From a virus (taxonomy: Duplodnaviria; Caudoviricetes): 55,989 nt of DNA. Every line of letters begins with the position of its first letter. Position 1 is the stretch's first letter. The notes below the pieces were generated by a model. That model did no database searches. It saw only the letters and a list, made by a program, of their open reading frames with translations, and was not told the DNA's origin. Position numbers and translations under genes: made by a program. Shown here one piece after another: positions 30,937 through 40,311 of this stretch. The stretch spans positions 1-55,989 of IMG/VR virus record IMGVR_UViG_3300022752_000086. The stretch is one strand, 5' to 3'.

Positions 30937-33900
30937 TTATTTATACCAAGAAACACGTCGTATATTTACATCATATTTTCTATCAGCCATTGCAAATCCT
31001 GGACCAAGAAAATGAAAATATGGTTGCCATCTACTGTAATCTACACTAAAAACCACACCAGAACCAAATGAACCACTTTGTAGATCTAAGAAATTTGGTA
31101 TATTTAATGATGCATAACAATTAAACCATATAGCATTATTCATGGCATAGAATGTTCCTGGATATGCTGGAGCTCCTGCTGGGGTCTTCCAACAGCTCGG
31201 ACCACATCCTCTGGGAGGCCATATTGTGGTTCCACTATTGTTATTTGCTCCTCGTACAGAAGTAGACCATTTTAAAGAACCAGGAGCAAGATCTAATTGT
31301 GAGGTTATACAATCATATTTTCTGTAATTCCAACCCAATCTATCCATAAATTTACCAATACCAGAACCACCCAATGTATATGAAGCATCTGTTATCTCCA
31401 ATCCTGGACATGTTTCTGGTGTACATCCTGGATCATTAATAAAGAAAGATCCAATATTATCTCTATTAACTCCAATAAACAATGGAAGATCCCAACGTCT
31501 GTGCCTCCATTCCTGGATATTTTTAGACCAATTGTATTGGGATGCGCACTGTGGAGTATTATAATCCCATGCCCACCAATAATCTGCCCATACTGGTGTT
31601 ATTTTATTTCTTAATCTTCTGGTATAATTCTCAGGATTAAATGGATCACCATGCCAATCTCTAAATGATAAAGTTAATTTATTTCCTTCTGTTGCTCTAA
31701 ACATTGCATTATATAGATTTCTATACTTGTTTTTTCTAACATTAATAGAGTATCTATCAGGCATTATAGCTTCCGTTACTGCAGACGGCGGTTCGTTTAA
31801 ATATTTGTCACCAAAACAGCAAAATTTTAATATTTGTTTCTTTTTATTTTGTGTTCGTGGAAAATGTACACCATTTCTTATATTTGGAATGGGTCTACAC
31901 GGATCTGCTACCGGTCCTCCTTCACCATTAGCATTTGTATAATTAGTTAAAATATCAGGATTGCCCCAAACTGTATAATTCCAAAGAGCCATACTAGACC
32001 ACATAGTTCCACTAACAGTGCCTGCATACGGTTGACCTGGCCAACATTGATCTCTTAACTGTGTTGTATATTCTGCTTGTTTAGGAAACCAATTACATAC
32101 ACCAGTAACCAGATCTCCTATGGAATCTCCGCCCAACTGATTAGTCCAATATCCATCAGTAGAATTAACAAATCCCGCTCCTAACCAACCTTGAGGATGT
32201 GATGCTTCAAAAGGTATATCTCCACCAACTCTGTCTTTATCTTCTTTTGATGTTAAAAATGTAGAATATCCTCTACTACTCAACCAATCCGACCAAAACC
32301 CTCTAACTCCTGTTCCAGATAGTTTAAATACTGGTCTGCATCCTCCGAATCGTTGTATCCATCTCCATATTGTTCCTGTATCTGGTCCTTTTCCTGAATA
32401 TAATCGTATAGGATCAATAATATCATTACCATCGGATCCAAGATGGTATGAATCAGAGCCTTTCTTACACTCGTATCCATTTCCCATCATGCTTTTTTCC
32501 CATATTGGCCATATAGAAGATATATCAGATAATCCTATTAAAGACTCTTGACCACCTAAATCTAATACAGGAGTTTCTCCTGATTCTAGATAAGTTACGG
32601 GATTTGTGCAATTAGCGTATTTAACCAGAGCCGTTCCTCTTGTTTCTTGGTCTCCTATTATTAATTTTGCCTTTTCTTCTGGAGACAATTCTGTTGGTTC
32701 GATAAAATATTTTCGAATTATATCTGGTTTATTCTCTAATTCCTCCCAAACATTAATATCGGTTAATCCTTGTCTACTATCGCATGCGCATTCATCATTA
32801 AATCTTCCCCATCGATATTCATAATTTTTATATGTTTGTGCTGGCTTAATAGTACTTGTATTATTTGGATACTGATTAAATGTACCAGTAACTTCCACTG
32901 TCACGTAAAGTCCATCATTTAAATGCGTTAAGCTTTGATTGTCAATGTTTACTCCCCTACCAAACATTATAGTTTCTCCGGGGGCTAATTCTATTGGAAA
33001 CATTAATCGTATTCGATTACGCTTTTTTCCACTACTAGATAAAAATCTATCAGATGCTAGTCCTAACCAAACTCCTCTAGAATTCAAATTTCCTATTTCT
33101 ATATCTGTTATAGAATTTCCAGTTAATTCTGGAATTATATTTTGAATAGCATTAGATAAATCTTGATTGTATAAATCAAATCCCCATGCAGCAATTTGCG
33201 CTCCAGTAAATGGAATTGCACACGAAGAACAACCAGTTTCTGTGTCACCACATAAAGGTTCTGGTTTTTTTAATCCATTTATTTTCCAATTTGTATAAGC
33301 TATATCTTTAGTACTAAAAAATACACCAGGTGGTGGAACAGTAAAACTTATCAGTGATTGATTTTGATTAACTCTAAATTCAAAATAATGACCAATTCCA
33401 CTAACACCACTTACATTTTTATTAAATGGATATTCAAAATCTATAGAATCTTTTATATATCTAGATTTATGAAATTCTGAAAGAGATCTTCCTGGCATAA
33501 AATTATATGCAAAAGATCCTGGATACCCATTATTAGCTATAGTCCTAAACATTGGATTATTTTTATTAAATATACTGAACAATTCAGTATCAACATATCC
33601 TTCCATGTTATATTTTGTACCTATATCACCACCGTGCGCGGGCACAACAACTAAAGGATAATCAATTTCTGTATAATTTGAAACTTGTGTTTCTTTTCCA
33701 GCAATATCTCTAAATGTCCAGGTATTTACTCTATTATCTTCTTCTAAAGAAGCCCAACGAGGAATAAAATATCGATTTAATGATGGCCAAGATTCTTCTA
33801 TTGGTGTTGATGGTTCACCAAAAGAATTTAATTTCATAAATTTATTATTATAATATTCACAATTATTATCATAATTTTTATGTGTATATTTTGTAAATCT

Positions 33901-36900
33901 AATTTCTTCAATAAAGGCTCCAGCGGGAGATAATATTATAAAATAAAATGGTTTACTTGGATCTAAAGGTTTTTGTTTTAATTCTTCATTTCTTACTTCT
34001 ATTGGAATAAAAGTCATAACTCTTTTCTTTATTTGAGTTACTTCTCCTACTTTCCAGCTTTCAGAGCTTACTGGTATTCCATCTCTATAAACTATTTCTT
34101 CTTGATATACTATTTTATTTTTTAATTGGGGTTTTATTTTTACAATTTCATCATCTTCTGCTTTTTCTGTCCTGTTTATTATAATTTCATCGGGTAAAAT
34201 ATTACCAAAAACTTTTGCAGCACAATTATATCCGTATACATCACGTATTGGTGGTGCAATACTATCACATTCCCACACACCATCACTATTAAAACCACAA
34301 CCAGCACATAATTCTGAATTATAATTATTTTCACAACCAGTACAACCTAAGCGACCTTTCCAGCCAGTAATAGCAGAACTGGGAGGAGAAATTCCTTTAA
34401 AACATGGATCACACCAATGTTGAATTACATTATTAGGTCCACCATAACAATATTTGTTTCTACAATAATACGATAGTTGTGAAGGAAATCTTCCTGGTGG
34501 TATTTCTATAATATTATGTGTAAAAGTATTAGGAGGAGCAAACCAATAATTAATTCTTGGTTTATTTGGTGCATTTTCCCATGTCCAATAATTTGTTGCA
34601 TTGTAATTATAATCATTAAAAGCTTTAGTCGCAGCACTTTCAAAATTTACCCAAGGCTGTTCGTGACCACCAGCAACGCCATTTCCATTTCCTACTAATT
34701 GATTAAATTCCATCCATGCATACGATTTATCGGTTCGTTTAATATCTAATCGATCATCAAATCCAATATCATTTAATATTACTCCTTGATGGCCGCCAAC
34801 TTTAAGACTATCTGTAGCATAATCAGACCAAACACAATCGCATGTAGCTCCTGTAAATGGTTTTAATCGTTGGTCACCTCGTGTACCAATTAATCTTACA
34901 GATATGCCGTCTGGCTGTTCTGTTGTTTTTGATGGATAAAACTTTAAATAATCTATTTGTTTATAATTTCCATCACTTTGTTTTTTAAATTTTCTTATTG
35001 TTACTTGTAAATCAAATAATAATCTGGAAGCAGTACCAGGATCAAATTCAGGATCGTGCCAATCATTTTTATTTAATGCACTTCCCATAATAATTCTGGG
35101 AGAATCTGCATATTCTCCAGTGTCTGCTCCTGGAGCAGACACTTGATGTTTCCATGAAATCTTCTTTCCTTTGTCTATTTCTCCAATATACGGATAATCA
35201 ACTCCACCAAGTTTTGATGGAGTTTGAATGATAATATTATGATCTGTACCACAAGATAATGCAGTTATTTCTGTATATCTACCACCATATGCTGCTAGTA
35301 TTCCTTGTAAACATTTTGTGCTAGTAGAATCACCACTAACTGTGTGGTATATTTCACTGGTTATTTTATTCACATTTGGTGGATATTTTGTTAAACTTAC
35401 AACAGTTCTATCTGGACCTAAAGCGCATTTAAAACTATATCCAGAAATTTTTCCTGGTTCTTTTATAGCGTAAATATCTAAACCAGCAAAATTTTTATTT
35501 ACAGAATTTGTGTAGTAATTGGGTTGAAAATATCTCATTCCTAAATTACTAATCTGTCCATTACTATCATCTCCCCAACCATCAAACATTAATCCACGAC
35601 CATTTCTACAGCATTCATAACCATTATGATAACAACACGGATAATCTCCATTACTATCTGGAATTATTGGACAATCTTCACCAATTCCTTGTGTTGTATC
35701 TGGTATCGGACTGCCTGTAGAATCCAAACAAGGACATGCTACTTCATATGGCATACATTTAGGAGGATCTCCATTCCAATCTCCTTCACCATTTTTATTC
35801 CAATTTTTACGTCTTGCTACAAATTCATTCAAGTACTTTTCACGAACAAATACTGTGTGATTTGCTATAGAAGAAGTGAATACTGGTATTGTATTCTCTA
35901 TGCCGCTGTCAGGATCATCATATGATACAGAAAATGCATCAAAATAATCTTTTGTTAGTAAATTTAATGGATATAGATTAGGTGTTTGTTCTTCTCCATC
36001 TACCAAAAGATTTCCCCAGTAATTTGGGCAGCATTGATTTACATAATCGGCTGATTTATTATACGGATCTCCAGGCATACCTAATCCCCAAGAAAAAATT
36101 CTAGTCTCTATTTGATCTGGAAACATTGCTTGGGGATTTACTCCATAGATTCGTTGTGCTACATCAGTTAAATCTGCTTTTGCTATTTTAAAGTAATTAC
36201 TAGAATAACCAACAATATGACGTTTACCTGCCCAGATATCAACATAAGTTAATTCTGTTGATATTGGATCATTCTGTGTACCAAATTCGTCTACTCCTTC
36301 TTCAAAGGCTAATACCGCATTATACAAAGCTGCTCTGGGTCCCCAGAAAGGTATAATTTCGTCTTTACGAATATTATATGTCGTTTCTCCTATCTCCAAA
36401 GAAGCATCTTTTATTGCTCGTCTAGGTTTTATACGTAAACGGGGTTCTGAACTGCCCCATAGTATTATTTTATTGTCTTCTTTCAACACAACACAAAAAT
36501 CACCACCAGCACATAATTTTTTTGAATTAGCTACAGATTTTTTTATTTCTTCTGGTAATTGTTTTAATGAAGAACTAACATTTCCCCATAGAGTTATTCC
36601 ATATTCGCCACCATAACCTATAGCTACAGTCCAATCGGGACCACATGATATTCGAGTTGTAATATCAAAATTTAACATCTCTGTTTCTGTTCTATTATCG
36701 GCAGTTAATCCCCAACAGATTGCTCTACCATGTTCATTGGTTGCACAATTATGATATTCTCCAGAACTTAAACTGGTGTAGTTATAGCCGCTGGGAGTGC
36801 TTGCCAATGACTCTTCGTTTTGTGTCAACCCCTTACATCCAATTTTATCACATTGTGATGTTCCAGCTGTATCATCACATTTTATTAATGACTTTTCTTC

Positions 36901-37680
36901 ATTAAAATATTGATTAAAAATATCAACTCCCCGATAACCTATAACATTTCCTGGATGTATAGCATTCCACCAACTAATCCAATACTTACCAGGATATGCT
37001 GTACTTGTATGAAGATTTTTATCGTGTGAAATTTCTCGTATATCAAAATTTCCAATCTCTGCTGAAGTTTTTGGAAAATAATTATATTTTTCTACTTGTT
37101 TACCAGGGAAAAGATCTGAAGGAATTGAAGACAATACCAATCCTTCAGATTTTGTAGGATTTTCATTACCATTTTGAAATGGCCTTCCTACACTGGGATA
37201 ATGTGTTATTAATTTATACCAAGGATTATCACATCTTGCTATATTAGTTTCTGCTGCAGCTATTTTTTCAGATAATGGCCATGTTGGTGCAGCCTCTAGA
37301 TCGTCTGGAGCATGTTCTATATAATCTCCATATGGATTTGGAATACTTCTAGGACTTTTACTAGAATATATCCAAATAGGATCTTTAACATCCCATTCGT
37401 ATGCAGGATCTGCTAAATCTCTATTGAATACACCAGATCCTCCATTTCGTATAATTTGTTCATAACTTATATGGCTCGGCGGAGATTTTGCTCCTTTAAA
37501 ATCTTTAAATATTTCACGAAACCATAACGGTTTCCCCCAAGTAGAATCAAAAGAAGTGTTTAATAAAGGAGTACCACAACCAGAAAGATATTCACGACCA
37601 CAAGGTTTTCTGGTTACTTCATACTTTTCTTCTGGTTTTTTTGTTGCAGGTCCACAGCAACATGATGAATTAGGTTTCAT
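30937..37680 (-). CDS. 2247-aa Cys/Trp-rich protein with RCC1-like repeats
   Basis: Starts MKPNSSCCCGP; LSSGEYHNCATNEHGRAICWG, ISCGPDWTVAI and LCAGGDFCVVLKEDNKIILWG repeats; many Cys clusters. Confidence 0.65.
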   Translation of the reverse strand: MKPNSSCCCGPATKKPEEKYEVTRKPCGREYLSGCGTPLLNTSFDSTWGKPLWFREIFKDFKGAKSPPSHISYEQIIRNGGSGVFNRDLADPAYEWDVKDPIWIYSSKSPRSIPNPYGDYIEHAPDDLEAAPTWPLSEKIAAAETNIARCDNPWYKLITHYPSVGRPFQNGNENPTKSEGLVLSSIPSDLFPGKQVEKYNYFPKTSAEIGNFDIREISHDKNLHTSTAYPGKYWISWWNAIHPGNVIGYRGVDIFNQYFNEEKSLIKCDDTAGTSQCDKIGCKGLTQNEESLASTPSGYNYTSLSSGEYHNCATNEHGRAICWGLTADNRTETEMLNFDITTRISCGPDWTVAIGYGGEYGITLWGNVSSSLKQLPEEIKKSVANSKKLCAGGDFCVVLKEDNKIILWGSSEPRLRIKPRRAIKDASLEIGETTYNIRKDEIIPFWGPRAALYNAVLAFEEGVDEFGTQNDPISTELTYVDIWAGKRHIVGYSSNYFKIAKADLTDVAQRIYGVNPQAMFPDQIETRIFSWGLGMPGDPYNKSADYVNQCCPNYWGNLLVDGEEQTPNLYPLNLLTKDYFDAFSVSYDDPDSGIENTIPVFTSSIANHTVFVREKYLNEFVARRKNWNKNGEGDWNGDPPKCMPYEVACPCLDSTGSPIPDTTQGIGEDCPIIPDSNGDYPCCYHNGYECCRNGRGLMFDGWGDDSNGQISNLGMRYFQPNYYTNSVNKNFAGLDIYAIKEPGKISGYSFKCALGPDRTVVSLTKYPPNVNKITSEIYHTVSGDSTSTKCLQGILAAYGGRYTEITALSCGTDHNIIIQTPSKLGGVDYPYIGEIDKGKKISWKHQVSAPGADTGEYADSPRIIMGSALNKNDWHDPEFDPGTASRLLFDLQVTIRKFKKQSDGNYKQIDYLKFYPSKTTEQPDGISVRLIGTRGDQRLKPFTGATCDCVWSDYATDSLKVGGHQGVILNDIGFDDRLDIKRTDKSYAWMEFNQLVGNGNGVAGGHEQPWVNFESAATKAFNDYNYNATNYWTWENAPNKPRINYWFAPPNTFTHNIIEIPPGRFPSQLSYYCRNKYCYGGPNNVIQHWCDPCFKGISPPSSAITGWKGRLGCTGCENNYNSELCAGCGFNSDGVWECDSIAPPIRDVYGYNCAAKVFGNILPDEIIINRTEKAEDDEIVKIKPQLKNKIVYQEEIVYRDGIPVSSESWKVGEVTQIKKRVMTFIPIEVRNEELKQKPLDPSKPFYFIILSPAGAFIEEIRFTKYTHKNYDNNCEYYNNKFMKLNSFGEPSTPIEESWPSLNRYFIPRWASLEEDNRVNTWTFRDIAGKETQVSNYTEIDYPLVVVPAHGGDIGTKYNMEGYVDTELFSIFNKNNPMFRTIANNGYPGSFAYNFMPGRSLSEFHKSRYIKDSIDFEYPFNKNVSGVSGIGHYFEFRVNQNQSLISFTVPPPGVFFSTKDIAYTNWKINGLKKPEPLCGDTETGCSSCAIPFTGAQIAAWGFDLYNQDLSNAIQNIIPELTGNSITDIEIGNLNSRGVWLGLASDRFLSSSGKKRNRIRLMFPIELAPGETIMFGRGVNIDNQSLTHLNDGLYVTVEVTGTFNQYPNNTSTIKPAQTYKNYEYRWGRFNDECACDSRQGLTDINVWEELENKPDIIRKYFIEPTELSPEEKAKLIIGDQETRGTALVKYANCTNPVTYLESGETPVLDLGGQESLIGLSDISSIWPIWEKSMMGNGYECKKGSDSYHLGSDGNDIIDPIRLYSGKGPDTGTIWRWIQRFGGCRPVFKLSGTGVRGFWSDWLSSRGYSTFLTSKEDKDRVGGDIPFEASHPQGWLGAGFVNSTDGYWTNQLGGDSIGDLVTGVCNWFPKQAEYTTQLRDQCWPGQPYAGTVSGTMWSSMALWNYTVWGNPDILTNYTNANGEGGPVADPCRPIPNIRNGVHFPRTQNKKKQILKFCCFGDKYLNEPPSAVTEAIMPDRYSINVRKNKYRNLYNAMFRATEGNKLTLSFRDWHGDPFNPENYTRRLRNKITPVWADYWWAWDYNTPQCASQYNWSKNIQEWRHRRWDLPLFIGVNRDNIGSFFINDPGCTPETCPGLEITDASYTLGGSGIGKFMDRLGWNYRKYDCITSQLDLAPGSLKWSTSVRGANNNSGTTIWPPRGCGPSCWKTPAGAPAYPGTFYAMNNAIWFNCYASLNIPNFLDLQSGSFGSGVVFSVDYSRWQPYFHFLGPGFAMADRKYDVNIRRVSWYK
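30938..30945 (-). promoter_or_regulatory. T4-type late promoter TATAAATA
   Basis: Exact consensus overlapping the last codons (TAT AAA TAA) of the 2247-aa ORF, 6 nt before the ATG at 30931. Confidence 0.6.
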
Positions 37681-37690
37681 AATATATTTT

Positions 37691-37698
37691 TATTTATA
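37691..37698 (-). promoter_or_regulatory. T4-type late promoter TATAAATA
   Basis: Exact consensus overlapping the stop of the 870-aa ORF, 10 nt before the ATG at 37680. Confidence 0.6.
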
Positions 37699-40306
37699 CT
37701 GAACACGTATTATCACACAAACCGTCATGAGCATTAACAACATCAAACACAAACAAATATTTAGCCTTTTCTGATTCAGATTTTGTTTCTTTACTAAGAG
37801 TTATTGTAGTTTCTGATGAACCCAACATAGGAGTAACTGTAATAGATGCTCCACCAGAACCAGCAGAACAAATACCAGTTAATCCTTGTTCTCCCTTTGC
37901 TATGGTTTGCATTATTTCTCTAGGTATAGCATGCATTTGTACTATTCTACCAAATGGCCATTTTTGAGAATCGGAGCATTCATTTGCAAATCTAAAAGTT
38001 CCAATAGGCATCATTTCAAATCCTTTAGGATATGAAGTTTTACATGTAGTTTTGGTATCGTCTATTGGGAATGCTAATCCTGGATTGGTGATAAAGAATT
38101 TGCAATCTTTAAGATTTGTTTTAACTGATGTTGGAATTTTAGACGTATCGAATCCTTTAGGAAATGTTAAACCAACACAATTTAATATTTCATTTATATT
38201 ATATGCCCTGGTATCCTTTGTGAGATATGTTTGTCCCGCTTTAGATTCTGAACCTTTTATATCATATTTCTTTATTTTATTTTCGTATTTTCTTGTTAAT
38301 GGAATTGTTCCTTCTAGGGCTCCTTTAGGTTTCACAAAAACAAATGGATACGATTCTTGATTTTCAAATTTAATAATCTCGTCTCCGGTTTTTAATATAG
38401 CATCCACATCTTCTCGTGGCCAGAATTCTACTTCTACCCATTTATACGCATAGATTCCTCCTGGATCTGCCTGAAATGATGTACCAGATAATCCACCATA
38501 AATTTTATCAGCACCAGTAAGAAGAGCAAAGAAATTTAATGGAACTTTACGTTCACAGCAAATATTATCAAAATAAAATTTCCATTTTTCATTTAATTTT
38601 TTAGCTTCTACATATTTTTGTCTATTTTCTTCTAATGGCCATTTTATTTTATTATAAATTACATGTAAAGCAGTTCCAGGTAATTCACAGAAATCAAATT
38701 GAGATTGCCAATATTCTTCTTCTAATCTATTAAGTTTATTAAAATTATATGTTAATCCCTGTTGATCTCCATTATAATCAATTGTTCCTACAGATTTGTA
38801 TGTAAATCCTTTATTATTCTTATCTAAAAAAGACCACCAAGGAGAATATTTTGAATTGTATTGAGCTGAATCATAAAACCCATATATCTCATCAGAAATT
38901 CTAAAAGCCATAGAATTAAAATCACTTTTAATACTAGTAATATTTAATTCTGAAGAACTGAACGGAGAGTATCCACGATTATCCAATGGCCATCGTTTAT
39001 TAGTAATAATAACATCATTAATACGTTTAATAGGACTACTGCGTTCGAGTATATCTTCTTTGTAAGAATATTTTATTAATTCTTTAGAATATTGTTCTTC
39101 TCCACTTAATATGTTTCTATACGGACTTTTCCAGTTTGGTTTAACTCTAATATATTCAGATACTAGTGCTCCACTTGCAATTAAATCCATAGGTTCTGTA
39201 TCTTTAATAACATCTAAAGAAATAATAGCTTCCATGTTCTGTGGATTAGAATCGGGGAAAAATAACGGAGTATCTCCTGAACTTTCTTGAACCATTTTAG
39301 CTATAGATTTAAAATTAAAACCATCAAGATCCTCCCAAAACATAAAATCAACAAAGTTTGGATCTTCTTTTAAACATGCATAATTTTTTACATAATGTAT
39401 TAATTGAGTAAGTCTTGGAATTGATGAATTTTTAAATGATGGATAGAAAAAATATTCAGGCTTTATCCAAATATCATTAGAGGTTGCATGTGATTTAAAT
39501 CCTTTAGGTGGTCTATTACTAAATGTTGATTTTCTTTCTTGATTATATCTTGTAATAAGGTTGCCAAAAAATGTTGGATTTTCTGCTGGCCATGTATTGC
39601 TTTCTTGAGGTAAAGTCATTACAATATTTCCATATTGATCTTTATCTTTTTCTACTTTTGTTTTAATTTTGATCTGATCATCTATTTTATCTGTTTTAAT
39701 AGTAGATGTTGTTTTACCATCATAACCAATAGTATAATTATATTCTGCTGATATAGGTCCTATAAAATTATCAAAAGTTTTTAATACTCTATCATAATTT
39801 ATACTGTGGCCAACAAAGTCAGAGTGAACAAATTCTTTACTAGAAAATCTAATATTAAGATAATTAGGAGTACCAACATCTCTATTTACGTCTTGACTAG
39901 CAATATCATTAATAGTTTCAATATCAACAATATTAAAAAATAATTTTTTTTTGTTTACTTTATAATTAAAATTGTTATCAATTGTATCACCAAAAGAAAT
40001 ATCCATTTCTATTTCTGCATTAGTTCTTATACCAAGATTATCAAATATATTACTTTTATCAACTAAAATTAAAGAACCACTAACATGAGGTTCTTCCATA
40101 TCTTCCACAAACGACAAAGAATATACACCAAGTGGATCTATGCTTTTAGCTTCTTTGATTAAATTTATTTCTAAACTTTGTTGTTCTGCTATGCCTTGAG
40201 CAAATTCTCCAGAAGAATTAGCTAACATTCCTGTAGATGCATTCCTAATAATTAAATCATTTATTATAACATTAGGATATTGAACTTGTTTTAATGAAGA
40301 TAGCAT
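37694..40306 (-). CDS. Baseplate hub (gp27-like) N-terminal part fused to an unrelated Cys-containing C-terminal domain, 870 aa
   Basis: FVEDMEEPHVSGSLILVDKSNIFD and FMFWEDLDGFNFKSI motifs; directly after gp53. Ends in CCER..FFALLTGA..YAYKWVEV..YPKGFEMMPIG..NAHDGLC instead of the usual hub C-terminus. Confidence 0.65.
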   Translation of the reverse strand: MLSSLKQVQYPNVIINDLIIRNASTGMLANSSGEFAQGIAEQQSLEINLIKEAKSIDPLGVYSLSFVEDMEEPHVSGSLILVDKSNIFDNLGIRTNAEIEMDISFGDTIDNNFNYKVNKKKLFFNIVDIETINDIASQDVNRDVGTPNYLNIRFSSKEFVHSDFVGHSINYDRVLKTFDNFIGPISAEYNYTIGYDGKTTSTIKTDKIDDQIKIKTKVEKDKDQYGNIVMTLPQESNTWPAENPTFFGNLITRYNQERKSTFSNRPPKGFKSHATSNDIWIKPEYFFYPSFKNSSIPRLTQLIHYVKNYACLKEDPNFVDFMFWEDLDGFNFKSIAKMVQESSGDTPLFFPDSNPQNMEAIISLDVIKDTEPMDLIASGALVSEYIRVKPNWKSPYRNILSGEEQYSKELIKYSYKEDILERSSPIKRINDVIITNKRWPLDNRGYSPFSSSELNITSIKSDFNSMAFRISDEIYGFYDSAQYNSKYSPWWSFLDKNNKGFTYKSVGTIDYNGDQQGLTYNFNKLNRLEEEYWQSQFDFCELPGTALHVIYNKIKWPLEENRQKYVEAKKLNEKWKFYFDNICCERKVPLNFFALLTGADKIYGGLSGTSFQADPGGIYAYKWVEVEFWPREDVDAILKTGDEIIKFENQESYPFVFVKPKGALEGTIPLTRKYENKIKKYDIKGSESKAGQTYLTKDTRAYNINEILNCVGLTFPKGFDTSKIPTSVKTNLKDCKFFITNPGLAFPIDDTKTTCKTSYPKGFEMMPIGTFRFANECSDSQKWPFGRIVQMHAIPREIMQTIAKGEQGLTGICSAGSGGASITVTPMLGSSETTITLSKETKSESEKAKYLFVFDVVNAHDGLCDNTCSV

Positions 40307-40311
40307 TGTTA

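Noticed and set aside
30937-37680. Self-splicing intron or mobile element as the cause of the hub split
   Set aside because: Intergenic gaps of 5 and 13 nt leave no room for intron RNA structure, and I see no homing endonuclease, transposase, reverse transcriptase or terminal repeats.
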